A model generated the notes under the pieces. It was not told the origin of the DNA, ran no database searches, and was given only the letters and a program-made list of their open reading frames with translations. A stretch of DNA of 64,000 nt, from assembly GCF_009914755.1 (NCBI RefSeq), contig NC_060944.1; one strand, written 5' to 3'. The DNA is from the human T2T-CHM13v2.0 reference genome, Homo sapiens. The translations under genes were made by a program, and so were the position numbers. This document shows positions 11,650-25,245 of the stretch, in pieces (position 1 is the stretch's first letter; each line of letters starts with the position of its first letter).

Positions 11650-12105
11650 AGGTGGGAGATTGTTTGCAATATCTACTTCCCTGTAACCACACCCTTGGGT
11701 TATCCCTTCCCACACTGACTGTGGCCCTGGCCACGTGAGTTGCTTTGGCCAATAAGGCATCAACAAACATGCTGCAAGCAGAGGCTTGAAGAAGTACTTG
11801 CGCATTGGGCTTGCCCTCTTGTTGCACTTGGAAGCCTGAGAGCATCACAGGGATGAACCTGACCTAGCCTGCTGGATGGGAACCCACATGGAGGAGAACC
11901 AAGGTGCTCCAGAGGGCAGCCTGCTGAACTCCAGAGATGTGAGCAGGGCACTTGAGACACATGAGAGAACCCAGCAGAAACTAAACAAGCTGGCCAGAGA
12001 AGAATAACCACCTACTGGACACGCATGATTGTACACAAAATAAAACGGCTATTGTATAAGCCACTAAGTTGTGAGATCATTTGTTACACAGCAAAAACTG
12101 ACACT
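11650..12105 (+). mobile_element. MLT1 (MLT1G-like) MaLR LTR
   Basis: 'tgctttggccaat...aagcagaggcttgaag...cattgggcttgccctctt'; 3' end 'aagccactaagtt...tttgttacacagcaa'. Confidence 0.8.
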
Positions 12106-12594
12106 ATCAGGCACTGCATTTATGTTCATTTCCTTTTTCCCTTTTCTAATGGATGGCTTTGGGTGTTGGCTAGGAAGGCTGAGCACTAGCAAAACAGTCA
12201 CCAACCCAATCAGAAATGGCAATGGTCTCTTTATGGGGCGCTCTTTTCAGCTCCTTCCAGCTCCAGAGGCCACAACTAGACCGAGGGAAGAAGACATAGG
12301 TGGGAAGATCCCAATAAGTCCCTAAACTCATCTGAAAAGATATGTGGGTTTCCTAACAAACTCATATAGCATCACCAATATGTGGGTTTCCTGATTTTGG
12401 CTCAGGCACCCTTGGGAAAGTTTCACGCATTCCTGGAAGTACTGAAAGACCTTCGTTAGGTTGACGAAGAGGTGTCATCCATGAGTTTCTGCCTACACTT
12501 ACCACCAAATTTTCAAACGTACTCAGCATCATTATGCTGCCGGCACGGGGCTGGGTGGTGGAGAGAGAGAGAGCCATGACTAAGAAGCCATCCA

Positions 12595-12965
12595 TCTGTC
12601 CTCACAGAGCTCACTGTGCATGTGGGAGGTAGACCTTAATAGAGTAAACAAACAAGTAACATAATTATATCATGTGATAAAGATTATGCAAGAAATACAC
12701 ACAGAGCTTGGCAGAGCGTGACTGAGCACGGGACCATGAACACCCACTCAGCAAGGAGGGAAGGGAAGGCCTCTCTGAGGAGGTGAGATGTGAAATAAGA
12801 TCTAAGCGTATAAAAAAAGCCAACCATTAGGAAAAAGAAAAATCTGCCAAAGAGAACTATGTGAAGGCCCTGAGGCAGCAAGGAGCTTCTAGAAGTCAGA
12901 AGGTGACCAGTGTAGATGGATCGAAAGGGGAGGAGCGATGGGAGATGAGGCCATGGAGGTGAGCA
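12595..12965 (-). mobile_element. L2 LINE fragment
   Basis: 'gggaaggcctctctgaggaggtgagatgtga', 'gtgaaggccctgaggcag'. Confidence 0.7.
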
Positions 12966-13134
12966 GGGCCAGCTCCGTCCACTCGGCTTCCCCAGCCAAG
13001 GACCTGGTTGCCTCCCAGGTCCTTGATGAGCAGCCTCCATCCCTCTGCTCCTCTCCCACACCCGCCCTCCTGAGGTTCAGCTCCAGGGTGCCATTGCTGC
13101 TCTTATGACACGGAGAGCAGAGGTTGAGGATCTG

Positions 13135-13370
13135 ATGACTGCAGGCACAATTCCTCTGTGCCAGGCACTGCGTGAACTTTCTGCCCAACTTCTTATAATC
13201 TATCCAGGTAGATATAATCACTACCTCCCACATACCTTACGGGCATTAGACGATCTTCCCAAGGTCACACGGCCAGCCGGGGTCAGCAAGCAGCTGCCAG
13301 TGCTGGGATTTGGGCAGCAACCTGTCTACACAGGCTCAGACTCCAGGCTGGCTCCGGTGGCTCCTTTGGT
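13135..13370 (-). mobile_element. MIR SINE
   Basis: 'ctgtgccaggcactg...cttcccaaggtcacacggccag'. Confidence 0.7.
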
Positions 13371-14889
13371 GTTATAGTCACTTCCCCACTGGGTGCTTTG
13401 TCTCTTCTGCTCTTGTTATTTCAAGCTCTCCCATCCTTTGTGTGCACATCCTTTGTGTGTCTCTTCAGGGAGCCCCAAAAGAGACCCTTAAACATCTCCT
13501 CTTACATTTCACTAGGTTAAATTTAGGCCACTTTGTAGCCTGTCACAGCCATGCTGAGTGCTAAAATGCCCTACAACTCCAAGGTTGGAAATAACAATGA
13601 AAATGAGTTGAGAAGGGAGACCCAGTGTTGGCTGAGTGATTTTTCTCTGCCAGTCACAGAGCTAAGCACTCTACATCCTCCTGCTGTTTAATCCCTTAAT
13701 CAACCCCAGGAAGCTGAGCAACTTCCCAAGGTCACAGAGACACCAAGGCAGAGCCACAGTGGGAGTCCAGGCACCACCAGGGTGTTCTGCCTCCCAAGTG
13801 AAGTCCCCCTGGATGCCATATCCACTATCAGAGGGACATCTCCAAGCTGGGCACATGACACCAGCACAGAAGGTGTCTTGCAGGTCCTGGGCTCCTCCTG
13901 GGATCTGGGGATGCCCACTTCACACTCCTGAGACAAGTGTAGTCCACAGGGAGGTGTGGCCAGAGGCCCTGCCCACAACCCACTAGAAATGAGAGATGGT
14001 TTCACACACCTTGGAGGTACTGCCCAGAGCTTCCCCTTCCACTTCCACCCCACTGTCGTGTTTCTTTCCAGTTTCCTGCCTTACTTCTGGCAACCTAATG
14101 TTTTGTGTATAGGCCTTATTCCATTTTCCCTGTTTAACATAGGTTGTATTTCCCTGGGCACGCTGGCCCCATCTCCATCTCCCATGGGTCCCAATTTGCC
14201 CTTCTCCACCACCAACACACATTCTTCCAATCAGACAACTCCACTTTGGTCTCAGCTCCCCAGCCTGGAGCTGACTGGTCAGGTCTACCATGCCCATTTG
14301 AGTTTTATCTGCAGGATACCACCATGTTCGCTCACAATCACATGCATGCAAATATGGACAGGTACACTCAGCTGCACCAAAACATACAAGTTAATAGGCA
14401 TGCATTTATCCACATGTGCACAAGCACACAGCTCCCCATATATAAGCAGGTATGTTCATATATGAATGCACATGTATGTACAAACATGAGTGTATATGCA
14501 GGCTCACAGACACATACATACATGCACCCTTCCTCAATTCACAAAGAAGTAACTAATCAAATGCCACAAGTCATTCACAAGCCACGAGAAGACTGGAATT
14601 GACAGACCATATAAAGAGACAGACAGAAAAAGTCCTGAACATGCCAGTTAAAAAGGCTCTGCTATTGTCTATCACACAGAAGCTTGTAAAAAGACCACAT
14701 TATTTCTGACACAAATACAGCTCTCCACTTTCTGTAGAAGGATTCCAATAAAGATAAGAGCTTTCTCATTATTCTAATGTGGAACAAAAACAATCTCCCC
14801 TTTCCAAATCAGCACACAGAAGTAAAGTCTCCTTAGTTAACTCTGCAGCTCCCTACCCCATGATGCTCAGCTCACTCCACCATCATGCA

Positions 14890-15100
14890 GCAAATTTTCT
14901 TGAGCACCTACTATGGGCTGTCATGCAAGTTTTATTATTTAGTTCTCACAATAACTTCCAAGGTAGGAATCATTGCTTTTATTTTTACAGAAAAGTAAAT
15001 AGGCTCAGAGAAGTTCTTTAACTTAACCAAGTCATATAGGTAGTAGAAGAAGAGCCTAGGCTTGTCTGACACCAAAGTCCATTCTCCTTGTATGATGCCA
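14890..15100 (-). mobile_element. MIR SINE
   Basis: 'ttgagcacctactatg...aggtagg...ttttacag...aggctcagagaagtt'. Confidence 0.8.
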
Positions 15101-15469
15101 GTCATAAGAACAAAGAGTTCAAGAAAGACTCAAGACCTAGGAATCAGCAACAGTTAAAGGAATGAATGCATAGCATGTGGTAAGCAGAGCCAGTAAGTGC
15201 TAACGACAGAGGCTGACCAGGTGGCTTAGGAAGTTTTAGGTGGCCTAAAGGGTGAATGTACTGGTAGAAGACAGTGGGGTAAGACAGCAGGCAATTCAGG
15301 AAGAAGGAATGAGGAATAACCAGACATGAAGATTGAGTGAATATGACCCAACTGGGAGCTACAGCAGGAGGGATCTTGAAAGAACGGAATGGAAGTTGCA
15401 ATGGGGGTCAGGACTTTGAAGAGCAGGTTCAAGAGCCTGGATGCCATTACTTCAACATTTTTACGACTC

Positions 15470-16290
15470 AGCAACTCCATGCCAGGCCCTGTACTAGAAA
15501 GTGGGAATACCGCCGGGTGTGGTGGCTCACACCTGTAATCCCAGCGCTTTGGGAGGCCGAGGTGGGTGGATCATGAGGTCAGGAGTTCGAGACCAGCCTG
15601 ACCAACATGGTGAAACCCCGTCTCTACTAAAAATACAAAAATTAGCTGGGTCTGGTGGCTCGTGCCTGTAATCCCAGCTACTCGGGAGGCTGAGACAGGA
15701 GAATCACTTGAACCCAGGAGGCAGAGGTTGCAGGAGCCAAGATCACACCATTGCACTCCAGCCTGGGCAACAGAGTGAGACTCCGTTGCTAAATAAATAA
15801 ATAAATAAAGTGGGGATACAGTGGCCAACAGAACAGAACAGAACCCAACAGAACCAAGACCCCTGCTCTTGTAGAGCTTACTCTCTTGTGGGGGTAGGGG
15901 TGGGAAACAGATCAAAAACAATGCACTTTTTTAAAAATACAGACTTTTTAAAATTATATAGAATGAAGGTGGTAAATACTACAGAGAAGAAAACCTAAAA
16001 GTAGATCAGAGGTAAAGGGGAGGGGCCATAATTGTAAATAGAATGGTCAGACTCAGCCTCACTGAGAAGATGTTCAAAGTCTAGCGGGGGGATGAGGAGT
16101 GCGCCCCCCAGAGCCAGGGGAAGGTTGATGCAGGTATCAACAGCAGCCAAGGTGAAGGTACGCCTCCCTGTTCAAGGAGCAGCCCAGCAGTGTGGCCAGC
16201 AAGGCTGGAGCCAGATGAATGAGGGTAAGAGAAGCAGAACACAAGGTCTACATTTATGACCGTGAACCACAGGAGCCTCAAAAGGCAAGA
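15470..16290 (-). mobile_element. L2 LINE 3' end, host of the AluSg
   Basis: 'atgccaggccctgtactag...ggggatacagtgg...ccctgctcttgtagagcttac'. Confidence 0.65.
15511..15809 (+). mobile_element. AluS (Sg-like), full length
   Basis: Alu dimer with (TAAA)n tail; TSD aaagtgggaatac / aaagtggggatac. Confidence 0.97.
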
Positions 16291-16914
16291 CAACAGGGAC
16301 ATAAAATTAGTACAATGGTGTAGTGAGTCCAAGTTACCGCGGATCATTTCATTCATCTCTATCGATCATTCATTCCATGAACAGAGCAGCAGGAAAAAAA
16401 GGATCTTAATATGATATTCAACTAATCCTTGACATTAATATGAAGCTCTGACACTATGCCAACGAATATGTCATTGTACACACACTACCTTCCTAAGGCC
16501 ACAGGAAATGGGAGCGGCCTCAAGCCAGATTTTCTTCTGTACCAGAATCATTTTCAAGAGCGATTAGGTGGGAGGGCACAGACCCTGAGGTGTTCCCAGC
16601 CCCTCTGTGACTCACTGAGGTGTTCCCAGTGTCTCCAAAGCAAACCAGCTTCCTGCAGCCTCCACCTGTCCATTTTAGGACGACCAGCGTTTGATGAAAA
16701 TAGACCTAAGCATTCTGGCATCTTCCTCCACCTGGACTCATCCTGAGTCACCCACTCCCCTCTGCAGCATCCTGTGGAATCCAACTCCAGCATTCCCCTT
16801 AGTACAGCTCGAGAGACAGTTTCTGAATGGAGCTTTGTCTAGCCCTAAGGGTCATATGAGGTCAGATGAGGCCAGCAAACAGAACTAGAGATTCCTAGCT
16901 CATGGACGATGATG

Positions 16915-17085
16915 GTGACTGTGACAAAGAAAGCGACAGTAGATAGTCATCCATTCTTCCATGCGTCACTCACTGTGGGAAGGAGTTTACATGGATTTAT
17001 CTCATTTGAGGCTCATGAAACTCCTACAAGGTAGATAGTATTTATATCCTATCTGCAGATGAAGAAACTAAAGCATAAACAGTAA
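16915..17085 (-). mobile_element. MIR SINE
   Basis: 'atctcatttgaggctcatgaaactcctacaaggtagatagtatttatatcctatctgcagatgaagaaactaaagca'. Confidence 0.8.
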
Positions 17086-17549
17086 GCAGCCTCCACACCC
17101 GACTGTGAAGACACCGAACCACACCCAGCCCTAGAAAGAGAGCTGTACAGTGGGGGCTTCTGTGAACACCAGAGGCTGGGGACAGACTCTCCTCTGGGAG
17201 AGGACTAACCCATCCATCCTTTGCAGTTGCTGTCTTAGAGGCCACATCCCTGCATCAGGCTAGACCAGGTAGAAACAAACACACACTGACTCCCGCTTCA
17301 GCGGTTCCAATCCTCATATGGTACTGGGGCTGTAGGAAGGCACAAGAGGCCACAGAACTCAGGACAGTTGGTGGGCAGCCATCATCTCCACCTAGACCCC
17401 CACATCCACCCCTCCCTGCCTCCCTCTGTTGTTTCCACCCATCCTCACCCCTGCAACCAGCACTGCCTCCCTACAAACTCCTCTGAGGTGATACCACTGC
17501 CCTGCCAGGAGCTTCTCCCCCAGCTGCCCTTGCACTTTCTACACTGCCC

Positions 17550-17748
17550 TAGAGGGTGCCTACTGGCCACATGAGGCTACTTGAATTTAAATTGACTGAC
17601 ATTAAATAAAATGTCAAATTCAGTTCCTCAGTCGCACGAGCCACATTTCAAGTGCACAATAGCCACCAATGGTTGGTGGCTATGGTGGTCGGCAGTGCAG
17701 ATACAGAATACTGCCCTCAAGGCAGAAAGTCCTGTCTGCAGCTCTGGC
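17550..17748 (-). mobile_element. MER3 (hAT-Charlie MITE)
   Basis: 'aaattcagttcctcagtcgcacgagccacatttcaagtgcacaatagccac'. Confidence 0.85.
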
Positions 17749-18134
17749 TTAGCTGACAAAATCCCAACCCCTCATGGGGCCTGCCAGACCTGCATGGTCT
17801 CACCTTGCTTGCTTCCCAGCCTCTTCTGGTGGACACTTGGTCATGCTGTCACACTCCAGCCACCCACCCTGTCTTCAGTTCCTCAAACATACCAAATGTC
17901 AGCCACCTCAGACACTCACCCCGCCCACACTCCGCCCACCCCTCCCCCACAGTTTCCTCGGCTAAAGCCCCCATTCTATCAGGAGTCACTGCAAACTTTG
18001 CTTTCTCCAAGCCATCATCCCTGACACCCCCACACCAAAATTCACCCATACAGATAAACAATAGTTGCAGTAATTATCATAACCTCTCACTGCCTGTCTC
18101 TCCTTTCATGGCACTTATGAAACGTGTAACATCT

Positions 18135-18445
18135 TAAGGCCACAGTCACCCGAAAGCTTGACGGGGGCTGGGGATCCTCCTCCATGCTCACACATGTGGC
18201 TGCTGGCTGGAGGTCACGTGGGCCTCTTCACAGGACAGCTTGCCATTGCTTCCCTCTGAGCAAGGGATCCCACAGACAGGCCGAGATGGAAGCTGTAGTA
18301 GCTCTTATTACAATCGAATCTTGGAAGTGACAAATCAAAGCTTCTGCCAAAGTCCACCGATCACACACATCAGCCCTGGAACAACATGGGAGGGATTCTA
18401 CAAGGAGGCAAGGATTTTGTGCCCCATCTTGGAGACGGGCCACTG
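18135..18445 (-). mobile_element. MLT1 (MLT1F-like) LTR fragment within an L2
   Basis: 'ctcacacatgtggctgctggctggagg...tcttggaagtgaca...ccatcttggag'. Confidence 0.65.
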
Positions 18446-19174
18446 AAGGCTGTGTGTCCTGTTTATCACTGTGTCCCCAGAGTGTTGAAAATAGAATAAG
18501 TGCTCTGTCAATGTTACCAAAACAAAGAATGGCAGCCTTCTCATCAGAGGGGCCTCACTTTCCTTGTCTACAAAACCTAGGAGTCAGGCGTGAAAATATT
18601 TAATGTTCTTCCCCATTCGAAAAGTCCTCTGGTCCATGTTGACTATGCAGTCCGTGCTTGTCTTGCCCTTAGTTGAAGTGGTGACATTTAAGTGAACAGC
18701 TGTGGATCTGTGCTCCACGGGTCTGCTCTCTCAGGGACAGGGTCATGGGATGGGGGAGATGTACCAGGCTTCCCTCCCTCTGACTTGGGTCTAGTCCAGG
18801 CTTCCCATCCCCCATGTGCTGCAAGCAGCTCGGTCATACAACACATGGCAACTGACAGGTTCATGACGGCCAATGAAATTATATGCACCATACAGCAGGG
18901 AAACACACTCACACAGGACCAGCAGAGCCACTGACTTTTTATTAGATGCTTCTCCCAGGCAATAAACCAGGAGAGACAGTGGCTGCAGGGAAATAGGAAC
19001 CCCTGGTCAGAACCTGTGACTGGGTCAGTCATTTGCAGCAGAGATGAACATTGAGTCTTGGCCTCAGGGGTAAAGAGTCAACCGGAGGGACATGCTAGGA
19101 ATGAGGGCAACCATTCGACGAGGTGACAGTGTGCCTTGTGACCTGCAACTGCCAACACCCATGAGCATCACAAT

Positions 19175-19540
19175 GATGGAATAGTAATAGCTACCTTGCA
19201 AGAAGCACCTGCTACATCTAAGACACTTCACATGCTTTATCCCTAATGCTTGCATCATCTTCTAGACACTAAGCCCAAGTTTATCCTTTATCATAAGGTC
19301 TCAGGATAACATCACACAGCATATGACAGAGAGTAAGCACTCAATAACCATTGTGTGAATGAATTAGTAAATGAATGGGCAAATGCCATCAGATTGGCAT
19401 TATTATGCCCATTTTATGGAATAGAAAACTTAGGTTTATCTCTTTGCTCCAAGTTATGTGGGTGGTACTGAGTAAAGGGCTGGGTTTGAACTCTCAACTC
19501 CCTGATTCCAAGTCTGAGACCCTTTTCACATTACACCAAA
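19175..19540 (-). mobile_element. MIR fragments
   Basis: 'attattatgcccattttatggaatagaaaacttagg...gggtttgaactc'. Confidence 0.65.
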
Positions 19541-20493
19541 TCCTTAAATATTTTGCACATGGGTGCAAGCACAATTAGTAAAATTCTACCAATTTCCATG
19601 GGATAGCACAGTTCTTCATGAAAACACAGAGATCAGGAAATATTTGTGTGAGCAGTGAGAGATGACAAAATGTAGCACTGCCGTGGTTTGGGAGAACCCG
19701 GGAGTATCACTTTAGCAGTTAGCCAGTGTACAAGGCATACCTTGGCCCATGTGGCTGGTGCCCTTCCTGGGTCACAGCAAGTGAGCACTGGGCTTTCCCA
19801 GTGAGGCTGACAAGGACTGCCCAGGTAGAACCAGGGGAACAGGAAATGTGTCACCCTAGAAACGAGTATTGGTTTATTATTATACAAAACTCCACTGGCT
19901 CCCACAAATCAACTCAGGTACCACAAGGATGTTCCATCAATGTTTTCATTCCCAAACACTTGATTCCATTTCCCCAGCCACTCCCTCCTCCCTCCCTTGA
20001 CAGCAGAAGAGTCTACAGACTGCTGTATTTTCTGATTTGCTTTCATGCTTCATTTACCTTACTTAAGTATGATTTCAACTGGGAAAATTGATGATTATAA
20101 GCTGGAATTTTGAGATGTAAACTTGAAATCACTGAGAATGTGAAAGGCAATGAGCACAGAAAAACCTCCAGTCACAGAAGGTCACACCACAGTCACATCC
20201 CCTTGGGCTTCTCCCAGTAACACCACAGCCCTTGTGGAGATGTTGAATGAAGACTGAGCAGCATTCACCAATGAGTAGGATGCACTTAGGTGCTTTGTTT
20301 CTTATAGGCTTGTCATTATTGATTATTGTAGAAACAAACAAAAAAATGTGCCTAAGTATCATGACACGCACAAAACATCTATCATCTTCCGAAGCCGTCA
20401 CCATTTCAAAGAGATATTAAAAAACATATGCACTTTTAAAAGACATTTTAAAGTCTATGGGAAAAGAAGGCATGATGGTGAACAACTTAGAAC

Positions 20494-20608
20494 AGGGGTC
20501 AGCAAACTATGGTTGGCTGCTTATTCTAAATAAAGTTTTATTGGGAAAAAATCTATTGGAAAAATATTTCCTAGCTGGCTTTCTAGAGAAACGGTTGCCA
20601 ACCTCTGA
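20494..20608 (+). mobile_element. MER58A, internally deleted
   Basis: Terminal repeats 'caggggtcagcaaact' and 'ggttgccaacctctg' with 'aaataaagttttattgg' between. Confidence 0.75.
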
Positions 20609-21562
20609 TTTAGATACTGCATTGAGGATTTGTTCAGCTTTTTTTTAATGTTGGTATTTATGAAGATGTTAAGTTAATAAGTGACTGATAATAAAATCAT
20701 CTGGTGCATGGGATTTAGGGTTGTTTTGTTTCGAAGGGAGAAAAAAATGTTTTTAATGTATAAACTTACACACTAATGGGCCCACATCAAGAATGGGTAA
20801 AACTTCAGAGAGCCATAGTGTATATCAAGGCCACCATACACCCTACGACCTAGGTTTACCTCTGTATCTCTCACTGACACTCTCACCAAAAAAGTGTGTT
20901 CAACACAATAGTGAAGATGATATGTCTTGGAAAAAATAAAGCAAAATGGTCACCTCAATTATATTTTTAAACAAACTCACTGTAAAATGAGAAGTGACTT
21001 TGAAAATGTAGGTACTGTCATGGTTTCAGAACTCTAAGTCAAAATCTTATTTTTCTTTATGAAGGGAATAAAATGGTGACACAAAGAAAGGTCAAAATCT
21101 AAATAAGAACTAATTCATTACTCACCTTAATGAAAAGGGGAGTTTGCAGAGTTAGATAATTTAGCAGATATTGTTTCATAACTGAAAACATTCTTATGTG
21201 AAGTGGACAGTATTGATCAGAAAGAGTTTTTGTTATACAAAAAGGAAAGAGGTAAAGATGACCTGGTAGGAATAAAGGGTATTATATTAGAAAATTTAGG
21301 GGGTGAAAGGAAAGCTTTACAGGTCATTTCGACCTTGTGGAGAGAAGCAAACCCAGGAGAGAAAGCGGGCGGAACTCTGAAATGGTTTGCATTCTTTTAA
21401 CTACAAAAATGAGGGAAGCTGAAAACAGTAAGAATTTGACCAGGCTGAGTTAAGGGTTGTAGTTACATTTATCGTGTAAAAATGCACCCTCAAGGGACTG
21501 GACCTGAGGCTCCTTTCCCATGCTAATGAAATAATCATAGAGGCCAGCCACCTCCAGTCTTG

Positions 21563-22465
21563 TTCTGAAGTCTGAAAAGTTTTTCTGCAAGGCACTAGGA
21601 TAGTAAGTATTTTTGGGTCCACAATACATACATTATCTATCACAACTGCTCACCTCTGCTGTTGTGGGGCAAAAGCAGACACACATAATACATAAATGAA
21701 TGAACATAGCTGTGCTCCAAAAGAAAAAAAAAAAGAAACGTATTTATATAAATAAGCTATCTGAAATACTGTATGATTCCACTTCCATGAGTTACCCAAA
21801 ACAGGCAAATCCACAGAGACAGAAAGTAGAGTGGTGGTTTCCAGGGACTGGTGGGGGGCAGATGGAAATGGGAAGTTACTGTTTAATGAACACAGCTTTT
21901 TGGGGGATGATGAAAAAGTTCTAGAAATGGATAGGAATGATGGTTGCACAACACCTGAATCTACTTAATGCCACTCAATTGTACACTTAAAAATGGTCAA
22001 AATGGTAAGTTTTATGTTATGTCTATTTTACCACAATAAACAAATTAAATATATATTTTAAGATAAACACATAATATAAGCATATCTGATTCCTTGTTGC
22101 AAATATTTGTCTCACCCTTGGGGTCCAAGTGATAACTGGGTGGAAAGTCCCACGGGATAAATTTAAAACCAGGTTCAAACAATCCCAGCCCATAAAAATT
22201 TCTTAAGACTGCTAGCAGGTTAAACAGTCTTCCAAATACAGCCAATAAACTTTTCATTCTATTAAATATTTTTTGCCTGTTGAGATGAGAATAGAAACAA
22301 AATTCTTGGTTTTCAGTTTACTCAAAGTACTATGTGTGACATAATTTCTCTAGAAATTATATTGAAATATTTAACATTACTATTTAAATAATAAACAAAA
22401 ATCAGCAATTAAAAAAATAAAAGACTGCCCAATTTGGTCCCCAAGTCATAGTTCGCTATCCCCTA
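21563..22465 (-). mobile_element. MER58A split by a ~650-bp L1-containing insertion
   Basis: Left part 'tttttctgcaaggcactaggatagtaagtatttt...gctgtgctccaa'; right end 'caatttggtccccaagtcatagttcgctatcccct'. Confidence 0.7.
21765..22045 (+). mobile_element. L1MB 3' end
   Basis: 'aatactgtatgattccactt...aggcaaatccacagagacagaaagtag...attttaccacaataaa'. Confidence 0.9.
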
Positions 22466-23451
22466 CTGTAGAATTTGGAGGACACATCCAAGAGGTTTTG
22501 TGTGCTACATCAAGAATGATGTCATGAGAGAAAGAACTTGAGGTCTGGATAAAAGGATTAAGTTGAACCCGGACATTGAAAAAACCCCTCTGCTGATTCT
22601 AGACAAGTTGTTGTAGTTCATATATAGTGTCAATGCACATCCATGTTGCCTCACCTATTTAACTCATCAGTGCCCATCCCTGGAAAATGGAGAAAAGGAG
22701 GAAACTCAGTCTATTGGTGCTCAGTCTGTTGGGCCAGTAAGCTGGCCCAGGAAGCAAGGAACCTAGCTGCCCTGCCTAGCCTTTCTTCCTGACAGCCAGG
22801 AGGGTGAGGAGCAGAAAAAGGAGTTAGCATCTTTATCCAGCAACCAAGACCAAAAAACTCTTAGTGTTTTAATGGCATGTGTCAAGATAGCTGAGCCAAA
22901 AAAGAAATCGGAGGATTGGAAGATTAGACTTGACTAGGGAGACTGTTTCAGTTACCTATTGCTGCATAACAGGTCACTCCCAAATTAGTTGTTTAAAATG
23001 ATCTCAATCATTTATGGTCTCCATGGATCAGGAATCACTAGCTCAGCTGGGCAGTTCTGGCTTGATGTCACTGGCACAACTGCAATCACATAGAGACTGA
23101 TGCAGCTAAGGGCTGGTGAGCACCTCTCTCACTCTCTTCATGTAGTCTCAGGCCTCTCCATGTGGTCTTTCATGTGGACTAGTTAGGGCTTCCTCCAAGT
23201 ATGGCCACCTTTAATATGTTACATGGTGACACAGAACTCCAAAGATGAGTGTCTGAAGAAAGAGAACAACAGTTGCATAGCCTTTTCTCTAACCTAGCCT
23301 TGGAAGCCACACAGCATCAGTTCCACTACATTCTATTTATCAAGTCAGTCATGAGTTTCAAGGGGAAGGGACACAAACTGAGGCATGACGAGCTTCCGGA
23401 AAAGCACACGGAACAGAAAATATGTATTTGGCCTTTTAAAAATATACAACC

Positions 23452-24186
<735 letters not shown>

Positions 24187-24671
24187 CTAAAACTCATTTG
24201 GGCCTTTCAGTTTATTTACATATGAATACAATTAAAATACTCATGATAAAGAAAATATTCTCGGTCCTCTTTCTTTGCTCACACACTCCTTGGACCAGCA
24301 TTTCCCAGACTGGTAAACCAAGACATATGACATGAACAACCTGACTTATCACCAAAACTCACCAACATTAGCCTAAAATATTGCATCATGCCACCTTTCT
24401 GGTAGGATTCAGTACCTCTCTGCTTGGTGATTGCCCTGACATCGCTTGTCACACAGCGAAATAACCAATTTATGCGAGTAAGCCCTGTTGAGATATCCTG
24501 ACTCAAATAGAAGAGAAACTGTCTGGACACAAGCCCAAAACACATTGTCAGCTCTCCACTCAGTATAGTCTTCTCAGTGACAGACTTGAGTCAGTGCAAT
24601 TTCATCCATTAAGTAACGGGAATAGTAGAAAACTTTTGGGATGTTATTCTTTGGATTATAATTTAAAATAT

Positions 24672-25245
24672 GTGTGGCACCGGTATGTATTCATCTGCTA
24701 TGTATTTATCCACTCCCATTTCATTGATCTCTCCCTAGGCACATAAGACCACCTCATTTCTGAGCTTCTCTTGCAGTTCTATCGAGACCATGTGACTGGA
24801 TTCCAATCAACTGCATGACTTGTAGGCCACTTCCAAGCCTGACCATAAACTCCACTCTAATGCTCCACACTTTTTCTCTTCTTCCTTCCAGGCTGAACTC
24901 AGAGACCAAATGTCAATATGACAAGTTAGAAGGACCCCAGAGTCACCACTTGGGAGGTGCCACAAAACCTATTTTGAAATGTGACTTGAATTAGAAATCA
25001 CCTTTGTATGTATGTATTAACCCATTAGGACTTTTTTTTTTTCCTGCTCCAAAGGTGAGTACCAAATGAAAAAATACAAAACTCAGGTGATACTGGAACC
25101 TAGAACAATACAATTTTTTGTTATACAGGCTGTCTCATACCTTAGAGAGCCAGATGCCAGGCACACATCCCAACCAAAAAGCCACTGAAATGTTAGAGCT
25201 TATTGGTATTGCAGTATAACCAAGACTAGTCTGACTAATATAATG
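24672..25245 (+). mobile_element. Old MLT1 (I/J-like) LTR
   Basis: 'ccatgtgactggattccaatc...gccacttccaagcctg'; end 'aagccactgaaat...ctagtctgactaata'. Confidence 0.6.

Noticed and set aside
13956-14602. Overlapping 122-169 aa ORFs
   Set aside because: They run through a degenerate CA/TA low-complexity tract; no domain or exon structure.
15571-15921. ORFs with '[11 protein letters not shown]' or 'LECSG..SAHCNL' peptides (also 38895, 47057, 49969, 54995, 56649, 57826)
   Set aside because: Standard Alu-derived reading frames.
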